From Escherichia coli (GTDB lineage: Bacteria; Pseudomonadota; Gammaproteobacteria; Enterobacterales; Enterobacteriaceae): 64,000 nucleotides of DNA. Position 1 is the stretch's first letter. The number at the start of each line of letters is the position of its first letter. The notes below the pieces were generated by a model that saw only the letters and a list, made by a program, of their open reading frames with translations, ran no database searches and was not told the DNA's origin. The stretch is from NCBI RefSeq assembly GCF_044324875.1, contig NZ_CP172185.1. One strand, written 5' to 3'. Made by a program: the position numbers and the translations under genes. Shown piece by piece: positions 36,458 to 47,115 of this stretch.

Positions 36458-37549
36458 ATGAAAGAGCTGTCAGTTACCGTTCCGTCACCGGATATCGACA
36501 TCACCATCAACAACAACACACTGGCAAACCTCACAGAGCGACTCATGACGCTGACCCTGACGGATAACCGGGCCTTTGAGGCAGACCGCGTCACCCTCAC
36601 CCTTGACGATACGGACGGGCAGTTACAGTTGCCACCACGTGGCGCACGCCTGAGAGTGATGATTGGCTGGCGCGGGGAGGCGCTGGTTAACAAGGGTGTC
36701 TACATCGTTGATGAAGTGACGTGGGAAGGCCCGCCGGACAAACTGACCATCACCGCCAGCAGCGCCGATTTTCGCGAAGAGTTCAACGTGAAGCGTGAAG
36801 TCTCCTGGCACGACGTGACGGTAAAACAGGTTGTGTCAGCCATCGCGCACCGCTACGGCCTGAAAGCACAGATAAGCGATATCCTCATGGATATCGAAAT
36901 TGACCACGCAGACCAGACCGAAGAGAGTGATATATCCTTCCTGACCCGCATGGCTGAAATGCTGGGTGCGATTGCCACCGTAAAAAACGGCAGCCTGTTA
37001 TTCATTCTGCCGGGTGGCGGAACCGGGCCGGACGGAAAAGCCCTGCCTTCGTTCGCCATTACCCGCAGCAGCGGCGACAGTCACCGCTTTCGCATTGCTG
37101 ACCGTGATGCGTATACGGGGGTCCGGGCGCACTGGCTCGATCTGAAGTTCGGGCAAAAGAAAAAAGTGAACGTGAAGCGACGCAGGGAAGCCGGGAAACA
37201 GAAACAGGAGAAGAGCAGCAGCCGGGAAGGTGATTACATGGAAGGCGCGGAAGGTAACGTCTACGTTCTGCGCAGGACTTACCAGAATGAAGAAACCGCA
37301 CGACGTGCAGCAGCTGCAAAGTGGCAGGAACTACAGCGGGGCGCGGCATCATTCTCCATCACGCTGGCGCGCGGTCGTGCCGACCTGTACCCTGAAATGC
37401 ACGGCAGGGTAACAGGTTTTAAAAGCGAGGTGGACAATCAGGACTGGATTATTGCCAGGGTGGAGCACAGCATAGATGAAAGCGGCTTCACCACACAACT
37501 GGAGCTGGAAGCGAAAATCCCCGAATGGATAGCAGATTCAGGCGGATAA
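36458..37549 (+). CDS. D: Tail protein D (gpD-like), 363 aa from ATG 36458
   Basis: Size and position before ogr as P2 D; AGGAGA ribosome binding site upstream of ATG 36458. Confidence 0.8.
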   Translation: MKELSVTVPSPDIDITINNNTLANLTERLMTLTLTDNRAFEADRVTLTLDDTDGQLQLPPRGARLRVMIGWRGEALVNKGVYIVDEVTWEGPPDKLTITASSADFREEFNVKREVSWHDVTVKQVVSAIAHRYGLKAQISDILMDIEIDHADQTEESDISFLTRMAEMLGAIATVKNGSLLFILPGGGTGPDGKALPSFAITRSSGDSHRFRIADRDAYTGVRAHWLDLKFGQKKKVNVKRRREAGKQKQEKSSSREGDYMEGAEGNVYVLRRTYQNEETARRAAAAKWQELQRGAASFSITLARGRADLYPEMHGRVTGFKSEVDNQDWIIARVEHSIDESGFTTQLELEAKIPEWIADSGG

Positions 37550-37592
37550 AATTAAAATGAGCCATCTCCACTCAGCCAGATAAGGAGAAGCC

Positions 37593-37844
37593 ATGTTCCG
37601 TTGTCCCCTGTGCGGTGCATCCGCACGTATCCGCACCAGTCGCAATGAAAATGATTCAGGCACAGTTCGCCTGAAGTACTACCAGTGCAATAACCTCGAA
37701 TGCGGGATCGGCTTTACCACACTGGAGGGTTTTAACAAATTCACATCAAAACGCGCCCCGTCGCCGCAGGGTACAGAGCGGATACCGTGGGAAGATTTTC
37801 CGGGATCTCACAGGGGGAATGCTCAGATGAATCTTGATATTTAA
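37593..37844 (+). CDS. ogr: Zinc-finger late gene activator, Ogr/Delta family
   Basis: 83 aa with CPLC...C-x4-C zinc-finger spacing and N-terminus MFRCPLCG resembling P2 Ogr (MFHCPLC...). Confidence 0.88.
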   Translation: MFRCPLCGASARIRTSRNENDSGTVRLKYYQCNNLECGIGFTTLEGFNKFTSKRAPSPQGTERIPWEDFPGSHRGNAQMNLDI

Positions 37845-37962
37845 GAACAATAATCAGGTTGAGAGGACATCATAAGGCAAGTAGATTAACGGCAGATACT
37901 TTCCCGCAACCACGGGCAAGTATTTAATTATCCATGATGAAATATGACCTAAATTGTTTTTT

Positions 37963-37988
37963 GCCCGCCGGAAAGCGGGCATTTTTTT
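37963..37988 (+). terminator. Intrinsic terminator 1 of the ogr-attR array (gcccgc-cggaaa-gcgggc plus T8)
   Basis: Hairpin and T-run read directly. Confidence 0.75.
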
Positions 37989-38202
37989 ATTCTTTTGTGG
38001 TTATGGGGTCATCAGGAACCACGTGCAGATTATATTTTTGTTTTTTTGGCGTTCCTCCGGCAGCAACGAGTTCATCAATAAGACACTGACACGCCTGAAC
38101 ATCCCGGGCATGTCTTAGTTTCACCTTTATTGATTTAACCTTATCCTCACCGGAGGAGAAATGCAGTTCAATCTCAATATCGTTTCTTCGGAACAATCTC
38201 AT
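37987..38202 (-). CDS. Hypothetical small protein (71 aa) between ogr and attR
   Basis: ORF on the minus strand; no recognisable motif. Confidence 0.4.
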   Translation of the reverse strand: MRLFRRNDIEIELHFSSGEDKVKSIKVKLRHARDVQACQCLIDELVAAGGTPKKQKYNLHVVPDDPITTKE

Positions 38203-38429
38203 ACGCCCCCCTGAATATATCAGAAATGCTAGTATCGAAAAATGAGAAAACAGTTAGACAGGAGAAACATATTAACACAAATCATTTATACCTATAGATG
38301 AAATTATAATTTCATTCATGAATATGATAGATAACTATATTGTGAACAAAATGAAAAATGGCTAAATTAAAAATGGGCATGGAGGAATGCCTCGTAATCA
38401 GTAATACATGATCCATACTTCCTTGTTTT

Positions 38430-38455
38430 GCCCGCCGGAAAGCGGGCATTTTTTT
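38430..38455 (+). terminator. Intrinsic terminator 2 of the array (identical hairpin gcccgc-cggaaa-gcgggc plus T8)
   Basis: Identical stem-loop to terminator 1. Confidence 0.75.
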
Positions 38456-38631
38456 GGCGGTTACCATCGCCTCACCTTCCTGGTTCACACAAAGCAACCC
38501 TGATTTTCCATGAAAACTTCAGGGTTGAGCCAAAAGCACAAAGACAGTAGATTAACCAAGGGTACCCGCCACCTGCCAACAGGAACGGTATCCAGTACGT
38601 ATTAATGACTGACAATTCACATTGCTGTTTT

Positions 38632-38657
38632 GCCCGCCAGAAGGTGGGCATTTTTTT
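38632..38657 (+). terminator. Intrinsic terminator 3 of the array
   Basis: gcccgcc-agaa-ggtgggc hairpin plus T7. Confidence 0.7.
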
Positions 38658-38834
38658 GGCAGTTATCATGGACGCACCTTCATGACACATATTAAGCAGA
38701 CCTGATTTTTCCATGAAAAATTCATGGTTGAGACAAAAGCACAAAAACAGTAGATTAACCACGGGTGCCTGCCACCTGACAACAGGAAGGGGTGTCCATT
38801 ATCCATGATATACAAACGAAAAGTCTTGTCTTTT

Positions 38835-38861
38835 GCCCGCCGTTGCGCGGGCTTTTTTTTT
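38835..38861 (+). terminator. Intrinsic terminator 4 of the array
   Basis: gcccgc-cgttgc-gcgggc hairpin plus T9. Confidence 0.7.
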
Positions 38862-38890
38862 GCCACCCTCACCAGTGAGGGTACCATCAT

Positions 38891-39178
38891 TCAGAGGCGC
38901 GTAAGCCACCCGGCGTTAACATCCTGCCCGTCAACCCTGACCGCAGAGTCTGAACGGCAGGCACCGGAAGCAGTACCAAAAACACCTCTGACAAGTTCCG
39001 CCACCTTCCCGATATCATCAGGCGCCACATTCCTCACCTCGACAGTGATCCGTGGCGTACCATCATCGTTAACAAGCGTGGCTTTAAGGCTGGTACGACG
39101 GGCAAATAACATCAACACCCCCTCCCTTCGGTTCGTTGCACTGGCAGCACGATACCACCAGGAAAAAGAAAAGCCCAC
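38891..39178 (-). CDS. Hypothetical protein (up to 95 aa) adjacent to attR
   Basis: ORF on minus strand; several possible starts; no motif recognised. Confidence 0.35.
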   Translation of the reverse strand: MGFSFSWWYRAASATNRREGVLMLFARRTSLKATLVNDDGTPRITVEVRNVAPDDIGKVAELVRGVFGTASGACRSDSAVRVDGQDVNAGWLTRL

Positions 39179-39203
39179 AACGTCAGGATTGCGGGCTTTT
39201 TTT
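39172..39203 (+). terminator. Intrinsic terminator 5, last phage element before the copA promoter
   Basis: gcccacaa...ttgcgggc hairpin followed by ttttttt. Confidence 0.6.
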
Positions 39204-39268
39204 CTTCAAAAATGGACACTACGTGGACACTGATTAAATAATCCTTTCTTAATCAGACTGTTAAAATG

Positions 39269-39288
39269 CTTGACCTTCCCCTTGCTGG
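39269..39288. repeat. attR core (direct repeat copy 2)
   Basis: Identical to 4256..4275. Confidence 0.8.
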
Positions 39289-39300
39289 AAGGTTTAACCT
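39270..39300 (+). promoter_or_regulatory. copA promoter with CueR-type dyad (TTGACC -35 followed by CCTTCC-N7-GGAAGG)
   Basis: ccttccccttgctggaagg dyad read directly about 50 bp upstream of the copA ATG; matches the MerR-family copA operator as recalled. Confidence 0.75.
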
Positions 39301-39340
39301 TTATCACAGCCAGTCAAAACTGTCTTAAAAGGAGTGTTTT

Positions 39341-41845
39341 ATGTCACAAACTATCGACCTGACCCTGGACGGCCTGTCCTGCGGTCACTGCGTTAAACGC
39401 GTGAAAGAAAGTCTCGAACAGCGCCCGGATGTTGAGCAGGCGGATGTGTCTGTCACTGAAGCGCACGTTACCGGGACTGCCAGTGCAGAACAGCTGATCG
39501 AAACCATCAAACAAGCGGGTTATGACGCATCTGTAAGCCACCCAAAGGCTAAACCGCTGGCGGAGTCATCAATCCCGTCGGAAGCACTGACAGCGGTTTC
39601 TGAGGCGCTTCCGGCAGCGACCGCCGATGACGATGACAGCCAGCAGTTGCTGCTGAGCGGCATGAGCTGCGCCAGCTGTGTCACCCGCGTACAAAATGCG
39701 TTGCAAAGCGTACCGGGCGTCACTCAGGCACGGGTAAACCTGGCGGAGCGTACTGCGCTGGTGATGGGCAGTGCCTCCCCACAAGATTTAGTGCAGGCGG
39801 TGGAAAAAGCGGGCTACGGCGCGGAAGCGATTGAAGATGACGCTAAACGCCGCGAGCGCCAGCAGGAAACCGCCGTCGCTACGATGAAGCGCTTCCGCTG
39901 GCAGGCAATTGTCGCACTGGCGGTGGGTATCCCGGTGATGGTCTGGGGGATGATCGGCGATAACATGATGGTCACCGCTGACAACCGCAGCTTGTGGTTA
40001 GTTATCGGCCTGATAACCCTGGCAGTGATGGTTTTCGCCGGCGGCCATTTTTACCGTAGTGCATGGAAAAGCCTGCTGAACGGTGCAGCGACGATGGATA
40101 CGCTGGTGGCGCTGGGTACTGGCGTGGCGTGGCTCTATTCGATGAGCGTCAACCTGTGGCCGCAGTGGTTCCCGATGGAAGCGCGACATCTTTATTACGA
40201 AGCCAGCGCGATGATTATCGGTCTGATCAATCTCGGTCATATGCTGGAAGCGCGCGCACGTCAGCGTTCTTCAAAGGCGCTGGAGAAATTACTCGATTTA
40301 ACCCCACCGACGGCGCGCCTGGTCACCGACGAAGGTGAAAAAAGCGTGCCGCTGGCGGAAGTGCAGCCAGGTATGTTGCTGCGCCTGACGACCGGCGATC
40401 GCGTGCCGGTAGATGGCGAGATTACCCAGGGCGAAGCATGGCTGGATGAAGCGATGCTGACGGGCGAACCAATCCCGCAGCAAAAAGGCGAAGGCGATAG
40501 CGTCCATGCCGGGACAGTGGTACAGGACGGCAGTGTGCTGTTTCGTGCCAGTGCGGTCGGCAGCCATACTACGCTGTCACGAATCATTCGCATGGTGCGC
40601 CAGGCCCAGAGCAGCAAGCCTGAAATCGGCCAACTGGCGGATAAAATCTCCGCTGTGTTTGTGCCGGTGGTGGTAGTCATTGCGCTGATCAGTGCGGCAA
40701 TCTGGTATTTCTTTGGTCCGGCACCGCAGATTGTCTATACCCTGGTGATTGCCACCACGGTGCTGATTATCGCCTGTCCGTGTGCGCTGGGACTGGCGAC
40801 GCCGATGTCGATTATTTCGGGCGTCGGGCGGGCGGCTGAGTTTGGTGTGCTGGTGCGGGACGCCGACGCGCTGCAACGCGCCAGTACGCTCGACACCGTG
40901 GTGTTCGATAAAACCGGGACGCTGACCGAAGGGAAGCCGCAGGTTGTCGCAGTAAAAACATTTGCTGATGTTGATGAAGCGCAAGCATTGCGTCTGGCGG
41001 CGGCGCTGGAGCAAGGTTCCAGCCACCCGCTGGCACGGGCGATCCTCGATAAAGCAGGTGATATGCAGCTACCGCAGGTCAACGGTTTCCGCACATTGCG
41101 CGGGCTGGGTGTGAGCGGTGAAGCTGAAGGTCATGCGGTATTGCTGGGCAATCAGGCGCTGTTAAATGACCAGCAAGTTGATACTAAAGCGATTGAGGCA
41201 GATATTTCAGCTCAGGCATCGCAAGGTGCAACGCCTGTGCTGCTGGCGGTTGACGGGAAAGCGGTAGCCCTGCTGGCTGTACGCGATCCGTTGCGTAGTG
41301 ATAGCGTGGCGGCGCTGCAACGCCTGCATAAAGCGGGATATCGTCTGGTGATGTTGACCGGGGATAACCCAACCACCGCCAATGCGATCGCCAAAGAAGC
41401 AGGGATTGATGAGGTGATAGCCGGCGTGCTGCCGGACGGTAAAGCCGAAGCGATCAAACGTCTTCAAAGTGAAGGACGTCAGGTGGCAATGGTGGGCGAC
41501 GGCATTAACGATGCGCCAGCGCTGGCTCAGGCGGATGTCGGTATTGCGATGGGTGGCGGCAGTGATGTTGCCATTGAAACCGCGGCGATTACCCTGATGC
41601 GCCATAGCCTGATGGGTGTTGCAGATGCGCTCGCGATTTCCCGCGCAACGCTGCGCAATATGAAGCAGAACCTGCTCGGTGCGTTTATCTACAACAGCAT
41701 TGGTATTCCGGTCGCCGCCGGTATTTTGTGGCCGTTCACTGGAACACTGCTTAACCCGGTGGTTGCCGGAGCGGCAATGGCGCTCTCGTCGATTACCGTA
41801 GTGAGTAACGCCAACCGGTTACTGCGGTTTAAACCGAAAGAGTGA
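39341..41845 (+). CDS. copA: Copper-exporting P-type ATPase
   Basis: 834 aa; two N-terminal GxxCxxC metal-binding motifs, CPC, DKTGT and GDGINDAP motifs. Confidence 0.97.
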   Translation: MSQTIDLTLDGLSCGHCVKRVKESLEQRPDVEQADVSVTEAHVTGTASAEQLIETIKQAGYDASVSHPKAKPLAESSIPSEALTAVSEALPAATADDDDSQQLLLSGMSCASCVTRVQNALQSVPGVTQARVNLAERTALVMGSASPQDLVQAVEKAGYGAEAIEDDAKRRERQQETAVATMKRFRWQAIVALAVGIPVMVWGMIGDNMMVTADNRSLWLVIGLITLAVMVFAGGHFYRSAWKSLLNGAATMDTLVALGTGVAWLYSMSVNLWPQWFPMEARHLYYEASAMIIGLINLGHMLEARARQRSSKALEKLLDLTPPTARLVTDEGEKSVPLAEVQPGMLLRLTTGDRVPVDGEITQGEAWLDEAMLTGEPIPQQKGEGDSVHAGTVVQDGSVLFRASAVGSHTTLSRIIRMVRQAQSSKPEIGQLADKISAVFVPVVVVIALISAAIWYFFGPAPQIVYTLVIATTVLIIACPCALGLATPMSIISGVGRAAEFGVLVRDADALQRASTLDTVVFDKTGTLTEGKPQVVAVKTFADVDEAQALRLAAALEQGSSHPLARAILDKAGDMQLPQVNGFRTLRGLGVSGEAEGHAVLLGNQALLNDQQVDTKAIEADISAQASQGATPVLLAVDGKAVALLAVRDPLRSDSVAALQRLHKAGYRLVMLTGDNPTTANAIAKEAGIDEVIAGVLPDGKAEAIKRLQSEGRQVAMVGDGINDAPALAQADVGIAMGGGSDVAIETAAITLMRHSLMGVADALAISRATLRNMKQNLLGAFIYNSIGIPVAAGILWPFTGTLLNPVVAGAAMALSSITVVSNANRLLRFKPKE

Positions 41846-42273
41846 TTGGTATTTACTTAATGCGTTTGTGAGATCCAGTTCTTGTTGCGCTCCTTTTATG
41901 AGTCATGCCATATAAAGTGACTGGCGCAGGGAGCGCGCAGGGGGCGGCCAATCGCCGCCGCCCCCTGCCCCCCCGGGCTCTGGCGAACAAAATCGCCGCT
42001 GCGCGGTACCCTCAGCTTATCCCTTGCGGCTACCGGGTCGGGCGCGAGGTAACATCCCTGTAAAACGCGCCCTCAGCCCACATCCATGTGGGCTGCCCCG
42101 GCCTTCAGGGAACGCCTCGGCGATTTTGACGCCACCAACACCGGTGCAGTCTTTCGTTTCAAAGCAAAAACAATTTTTCGATCATATTTAAGCTACCACT
42201 GAACAAGCCTCATAACTCCATTTGCGCCATCCCTCCCCGCGCGCTAGCATGATATTTCACAAAGGGAGGTCGT

Positions 42274-43068
42274 ATGGATCTGTTGTACCGGGTAAAAACG
42301 CTTTGGGCCGCGCTGCGCGGTAATCATTACACCTGGCCTGCTATCGATATCTCTCTTCCCGGCAATCGCCATTTTCATCTGATTGGCAGTATTCATATGG
42401 GTAGCCACGATATGGCTCCCCTGCCCACCCGTTTGCTCAAAAAGCTCAAAAACGCCGATGCGCTGATCGTCGAGGCGGATGTTTCCACCAGCGATACGCC
42501 TTTTGCTAATTTGCCTGCCTGCGAGGCGCTGGAAGAGCGCATTAGCGAGGAGCAACTCCAAAATCTGCAGCACATTAGCCAGGAGATGGGCATTTCTACC
42601 TCACTCTTTTCTACCCAACCGCTGTGGCAAATCGCGATGGTTCTTCAGGCGACGCAGGCACAAAAACTGGGGCTGCGGGCAGAATACGGTATCGATTACC
42701 AGCTATTGCAGGCGGCGAAGCAACAACATAAACCCGTGATTGAACTGGAAGGGGCTGAAAACCAGATTGCCATGTTGCTCCAGCTCCCTGACAAAGGACT
42801 GGCGCTGCTGGACGATACGCTGACCCACTGGCACACCAATGCACGGTTGCTGCAACAAATGATGAGCTGGTGGCTGAATGCGCCGCCGCAAAATAATGAA
42901 ATAACGCTGCGTAATACGTTCAGTCAATCGCTGTACGATGTGCTGATGCATCAGCGAAATCTCGCCTGGCGGGACAAATTATGCGCCATGCCGCCGGGGC
43001 GCTATGTGGTCGCAGTCGGTGCACTACACCTGTATGGAGAAGGGAATTTGCCGCAGATGTTGCGCTAA
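42274..43068 (+). CDS. ybaP: TraB-family protein YbaP
   Basis: 264 aa, synteny between copA and ybaK. Confidence 0.85.
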   Translation: MDLLYRVKTLWAALRGNHYTWPAIDISLPGNRHFHLIGSIHMGSHDMAPLPTRLLKKLKNADALIVEADVSTSDTPFANLPACEALEERISEEQLQNLQHISQEMGISTSLFSTQPLWQIAMVLQATQAQKLGLRAEYGIDYQLLQAAKQQHKPVIELEGAENQIAMLLQLPDKGLALLDDTLTHWHTNARLLQQMMSWWLNAPPQNNEITLRNTFSQSLYDVLMHQRNLAWRDKLCAMPPGRYVVAVGALHLYGEGNLPQMLR

Positions 43069-43256
43069 AAAAATGGCCAATATCGCTATTGGCCCGTCAA
43101 AGAGGAATTTCATATTTTTATTATTATGCCGTCACTTTAAGCGACGGTGTAACTCGATTGTCGCTCAATCTCACCATCCTGCCAATACTCTTAGGCAAGA
43201 TGACTCTTTTTTTTGGACCGCCATCAGGCGTATGCTTGCTTCGTTTTTTTGTTTAA

Positions 43257-43751
<495 letters not shown>

Positions 43752-43787
43752 GCATTGTGCCGGATGCGAACATCCGGCACTTTCGGA

Positions 43788-45440
43788 TTACTGCCAGCTC
43801 ACCTCACCTTTCGGTTCATAGACACTCACATCCAGCGGCGAGCTCTTCTGGATATACGCTTTCAGCACTTCGGCATCAATAAAGCCGGTATTCACATAGC
43901 CCGGTTTGTTATCAAGGCGCGGATAGCCATCACCGCCGGTGGCATTGAAGTTTAATGTCGCCATACGGTAAGTTTTCGCTGGATCGACCGGTTCGCCTTT
44001 GATTTTAAGGTCGTTCAGTTTGCCGTCTTTCGCCACAAAGCTAACGTTGGCAAATTGCGGGTAGGCACCTGAATCTGGCTTCATTTGTGCGACGGCGGTC
44101 AGGTAATCAATCACCTCTTTACCGGTCATGTCGGCATACACCACCACATTGCCGAATGGCTGCACTTTCAGCACGTTTTTATAGCTGATATCGCCTGCTT
44201 CGATAGAATCACGAATTCCGCCTCCACTCATCACCGCAAAGTCAGCACCAGTGCGATCCATTTGTGCTGCCAGAATTAACCGCCCCATATTGGTCTGTAC
44301 AAAACGCACTTTGTCACGATCGCCTTCCAGACGACCATTGGTTTCGCCTATTTTCACGTCCAGCTGCGCTTTGCCTTTGTTCTGGAACGGCGATAACAGC
44401 GAGATCATTTGCTGGTTTTCAGCGATTTCAGGAGTGTAAAGCACGCGCTCGCTTTTCCCGTCTTCCCAGGTAACTTTCTTCTTCAGGTTCACCGGAATCA
44501 GCTGGTAGTTAACCATTTTCATTTCGCCATTACGAAACTCAAAATCAGCCCGTCCCACGTATTTGCCCCACTCATGCGCCTGCACAATCCAGATGCCGTT
44601 TTGTTGATCCGGTTTGCATGGCGTACCCGGCACGTAATCGACCTGTTTTTTGTTTTCTGCCGCCATGCAGACCGGATCTTGCGAGTGACCACCGACGATC
44701 ATCGCCAGCGATCCGGCAGGCAGCGCGCGCGCCATCTCCACATCGCCCGGTGCGTTAGAGCCGTGCTCACCATTGTCGTAATGCCCCATATGGGTCGCCG
44801 CGATAATAATGTCTGGCTTTTCTGTCTGTTGCAGCTCCTGAATCACCAGCTTCGCTTCATCGGCGGGCTTACGGAACTCAATATCGGTGAAGTTTTCTGG
44901 GTTGCCTAACTTCGCTGTGTCATCCGTCGTCAGGCCAATAACGGCAATTTTCAGATCCTGACGCTTAAACAGCGCCCATGGTTTAAACAGGCGCTCGCCG
45001 GTACTTTTCTGGTAGATATTGGCAGAAAGTAACGGGAACTTTGCCCACTTTTCCTGCTGGCGTAATACGGTGAGCGGGTTATCAAATTCATGATTACCGA
45101 TTGCCATCGCATCGTAACCCACCAGATTCATGCCGCGAAAATCAGGTTCGGCATCCTGTAAGTCAGACTCGGGCACGCCAGTGTTAATGTCGCCACCGGA
45201 AAGTAGCAGCACGCTACCGCCTTCAGCCGCAACCTCTTTGCGGATACCATCCACCAGCGTTTTTTGCGCCGCCAGACCATATTCGCCATATTCATTGCGC
45301 CAAAAATGCCCATGATGATCATTGGTGTGCAGAACTGTAATTTTGTAGGTTTTATCCTGCTCATACGCCAGAGCAGTTTCACTCGCCAGTGTAAATGTGG
45401 TTAACAGTGCTAACGCCACGCCCCGCTGCAATAATTTCAT
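43788..45440 (-). CDS. ushA: UDP-sugar hydrolase / 5'-nucleotidase (periplasmic)
   Basis: 550 aa with signal peptide and metallophosphoesterase motifs (DHHG, GNHEFD). Confidence 0.95.
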   Translation of the reverse strand: MKLLQRGVALALLTTFTLASETALAYEQDKTYKITVLHTNDHHGHFWRNEYGEYGLAAQKTLVDGIRKEVAAEGGSVLLLSGGDINTGVPESDLQDAEPDFRGMNLVGYDAMAIGNHEFDNPLTVLRQQEKWAKFPLLSANIYQKSTGERLFKPWALFKRQDLKIAVIGLTTDDTAKLGNPENFTDIEFRKPADEAKLVIQELQQTEKPDIIIAATHMGHYDNGEHGSNAPGDVEMARALPAGSLAMIVGGHSQDPVCMAAENKKQVDYVPGTPCKPDQQNGIWIVQAHEWGKYVGRADFEFRNGEMKMVNYQLIPVNLKKKVTWEDGKSERVLYTPEIAENQQMISLLSPFQNKGKAQLDVKIGETNGRLEGDRDKVRFVQTNMGRLILAAQMDRTGADFAVMSGGGIRDSIEAGDISYKNVLKVQPFGNVVVYADMTGKEVIDYLTAVAQMKPDSGAYPQFANVSFVAKDGKLNDLKIKGEPVDPAKTYRMATLNFNATGGDGYPRLDNKPGYVNTGFIDAEVLKAYIQKSSPLDVSVYEPKGEVSWQ

Positions 45441-45657
45441 ACTTCTCTCCCTGACCTGATTTCAACGTGTTGAAAAATAGTATGACGCGACATCATAGAC
45501 AAGTCTGCGTCCGGTGAAGATAAATCTGCATCCAGATTAGAAATTCTGTATTCAGCGTTGAGACTTCCTTCAGGCGACGCATACAGGTATGTTAGTCGGG
45601 TAATAATCACAAATAAGATCATTCTTTACATCGCAACCCTGAAAAAGTGACTTTCCT

Positions 45658-46878
45658 ATGGCAATGAGTGAACAAACCCAGCCTGTGGCGGGCGCGGCTG
45701 CGTCAACGACCAAGGCCCGAACATCGTTTGGTATTTTAGGTGCTATCAGCCTCTCACATCTGCTGAACGACATGATCCAATCGCTGATTCTGGCGATTTA
45801 TCCGCTGCTTCAGTCAGAATTTTCTCTGACATTTATGCAGATTGGCATGATAACCCTCACCTTCCAGCTCGCCTCTTCGCTACTGCAACCAGTGGTCGGC
45901 TACTGGACCGATAAATATCCGATGCCGTGGTCGTTGCCAATTGGCATGTGCTTTACCTTAAGTGGTCTGGTGCTGCTGGCGCTGGCGGGCAGTTTTGGCG
46001 CAGTTCTGCTGGCGGCGGCGCTGGTCGGTACCGGTTCATCGGTCTTTCATCCGGAATCTTCTCGCGTAGCCCGTATGGCTTCCGGCGGGCGGCATGGCCT
46101 GGCGCAATCTATCTTCCAGGTCGGCGGCAACTTTGGCAGTTCCCTGGGACCCTTGCTGGCGGCGGTGATTATCGCGCCTTATGGCAAAGGCAACGTTGCC
46201 TGGTTTGTGCTTGCGGCACTGCTGGCGATCGTGGTGTTGGCGCAAATCAGCCGTTGGTACTCGGCACAGCACCGAATGAATAAAGGAAAACCCAAAGCGA
46301 CGATTATCAATCCGCTGCCGCGCAACAAAGTGGTACTGGCGGTCAGCATTCTGTTAATCCTCATTTTCTCGAAATATTTCTATATGGCGAGCATCAGCAG
46401 CTATTACACCTTTTATCTGATGCAAAAATTCGGATTATCTATCCAGAATGCTCAGCTTCATCTGTTTGCCTTCCTGTTTGCCGTTGCGGCAGGTACGGTG
46501 ATCGGCGGGCCTGTAGGGGATAAAATTGGGCGAAAATATGTGATTTGGGGCTCTATCCTCGGCGTTGCGCCGTTTACGCTGATTTTACCCTACGCCAGCC
46601 TGCACTGGACGGGGGTTTTAACGGTGATTATTGGATTTATCCTCGCTTCGGCATTCTCTGCCATTCTGGTCTACGCTCAGGAGCTACTTCCGGGACGTAT
46701 CGGTATGGTTTCTGGACTCTTTTTCGGTTTTGCTTTTGGCATGGGAGGTCTGGGAGCGGCAGTTCTGGGGCTTATCGCCGATCACACCAGCATCGAGTTA
46801 GTCTATAAAATCTGTGCTTTCCTGCCACTATTGGGGATGTTGACCATATTCCTGCCTGATAACCGGCATAAAGACTGA
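45658..46878 (+). CDS. fsr: MFS transporter Fsr (fosmidomycin resistance)
   Basis: 406-aa polytopic MFS protein, synteny. Confidence 0.9.
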   Translation: MAMSEQTQPVAGAAASTTKARTSFGILGAISLSHLLNDMIQSLILAIYPLLQSEFSLTFMQIGMITLTFQLASSLLQPVVGYWTDKYPMPWSLPIGMCFTLSGLVLLALAGSFGAVLLAAALVGTGSSVFHPESSRVARMASGGRHGLAQSIFQVGGNFGSSLGPLLAAVIIAPYGKGNVAWFVLAALLAIVVLAQISRWYSAQHRMNKGKPKATIINPLPRNKVVLAVSILLILIFSKYFYMASISSYYTFYLMQKFGLSIQNAQLHLFAFLFAVAAGTVIGGPVGDKIGRKYVIWGSILGVAPFTLILPYASLHWTGVLTVIIGFILASAFSAILVYAQELLPGRIGMVSGLFFGFAFGMGGLGAAVLGLIADHTSIELVYKICAFLPLLGMLTIFLPDNRHKD

Positions 46879-47115
46879 TTTCATTGCAGCCAAAGGCAAA
46901 CTTTGGCTGCATCATTTTACAGTCGCCATAAGCCTTTCCTCTGTTAAACCGCCTTCAGTTTTCCGATCCGTGCTTTTTTTGCAGCTAATTCCATTTTTCT
47001 GCAAAATTCAACAATTATTCATAAACATCATCAATGAAATTGTCATAAACTATTACCTGTAATTTTGGTTTTCCCGGCCAAAAATGGACAATAACCACCA
47101 GGAAAAGGAGACGGA

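Larger units (their letters stand above)
38456..38861 (+). repeat. Two tandem ~200-bp units with a conserved core (ggttgag...aagcacaaa...agtagattaacc...ccacctg...caacaggaa), each ending in an intrinsic terminator; candidate small-RNA genes
   Basis: Units 38456..38657 and 38658..38861 align over most of their length; a shorter related core follows ogr at 37850..37925. Differences between units are not concentrated at third codon positions of the 31-codon ORF each contains. Confidence 0.55.
4256..39288. mobile_element. P2-like (Peduovirus-type) prophage, about 35 kb, bounded by 20-bp direct repeats
   Basis: Contiguous set of P2-family genes (int, C, A, Q, P, O, N, M, L, X, K, R, S, V, W, J, I, H, G, FI, FII, E/E', T, U, D, ogr) flanked by the identical 20-mer cttgaccttccccttgctgg at 4256..4275 and 39269..39288; the flanks are host glsA and copA. 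Confidence 0.9.

Noticed and set aside
38456-38861. Type I toxin-antitoxin tandem array (small toxic peptides) as explanation for the repeated units
   Set aside because: The 31-codon ORFs in the units are hydrophilic, not membrane-toxin-like, and inter-unit substitutions are not codon-position biased.
38312-38890. Three overlapping minus-strand ORFs (61-96 aa) in the repeat array
   Set aside because: They span plus-strand terminators, and their apparent similarity only mirrors the nucleotide repeats.
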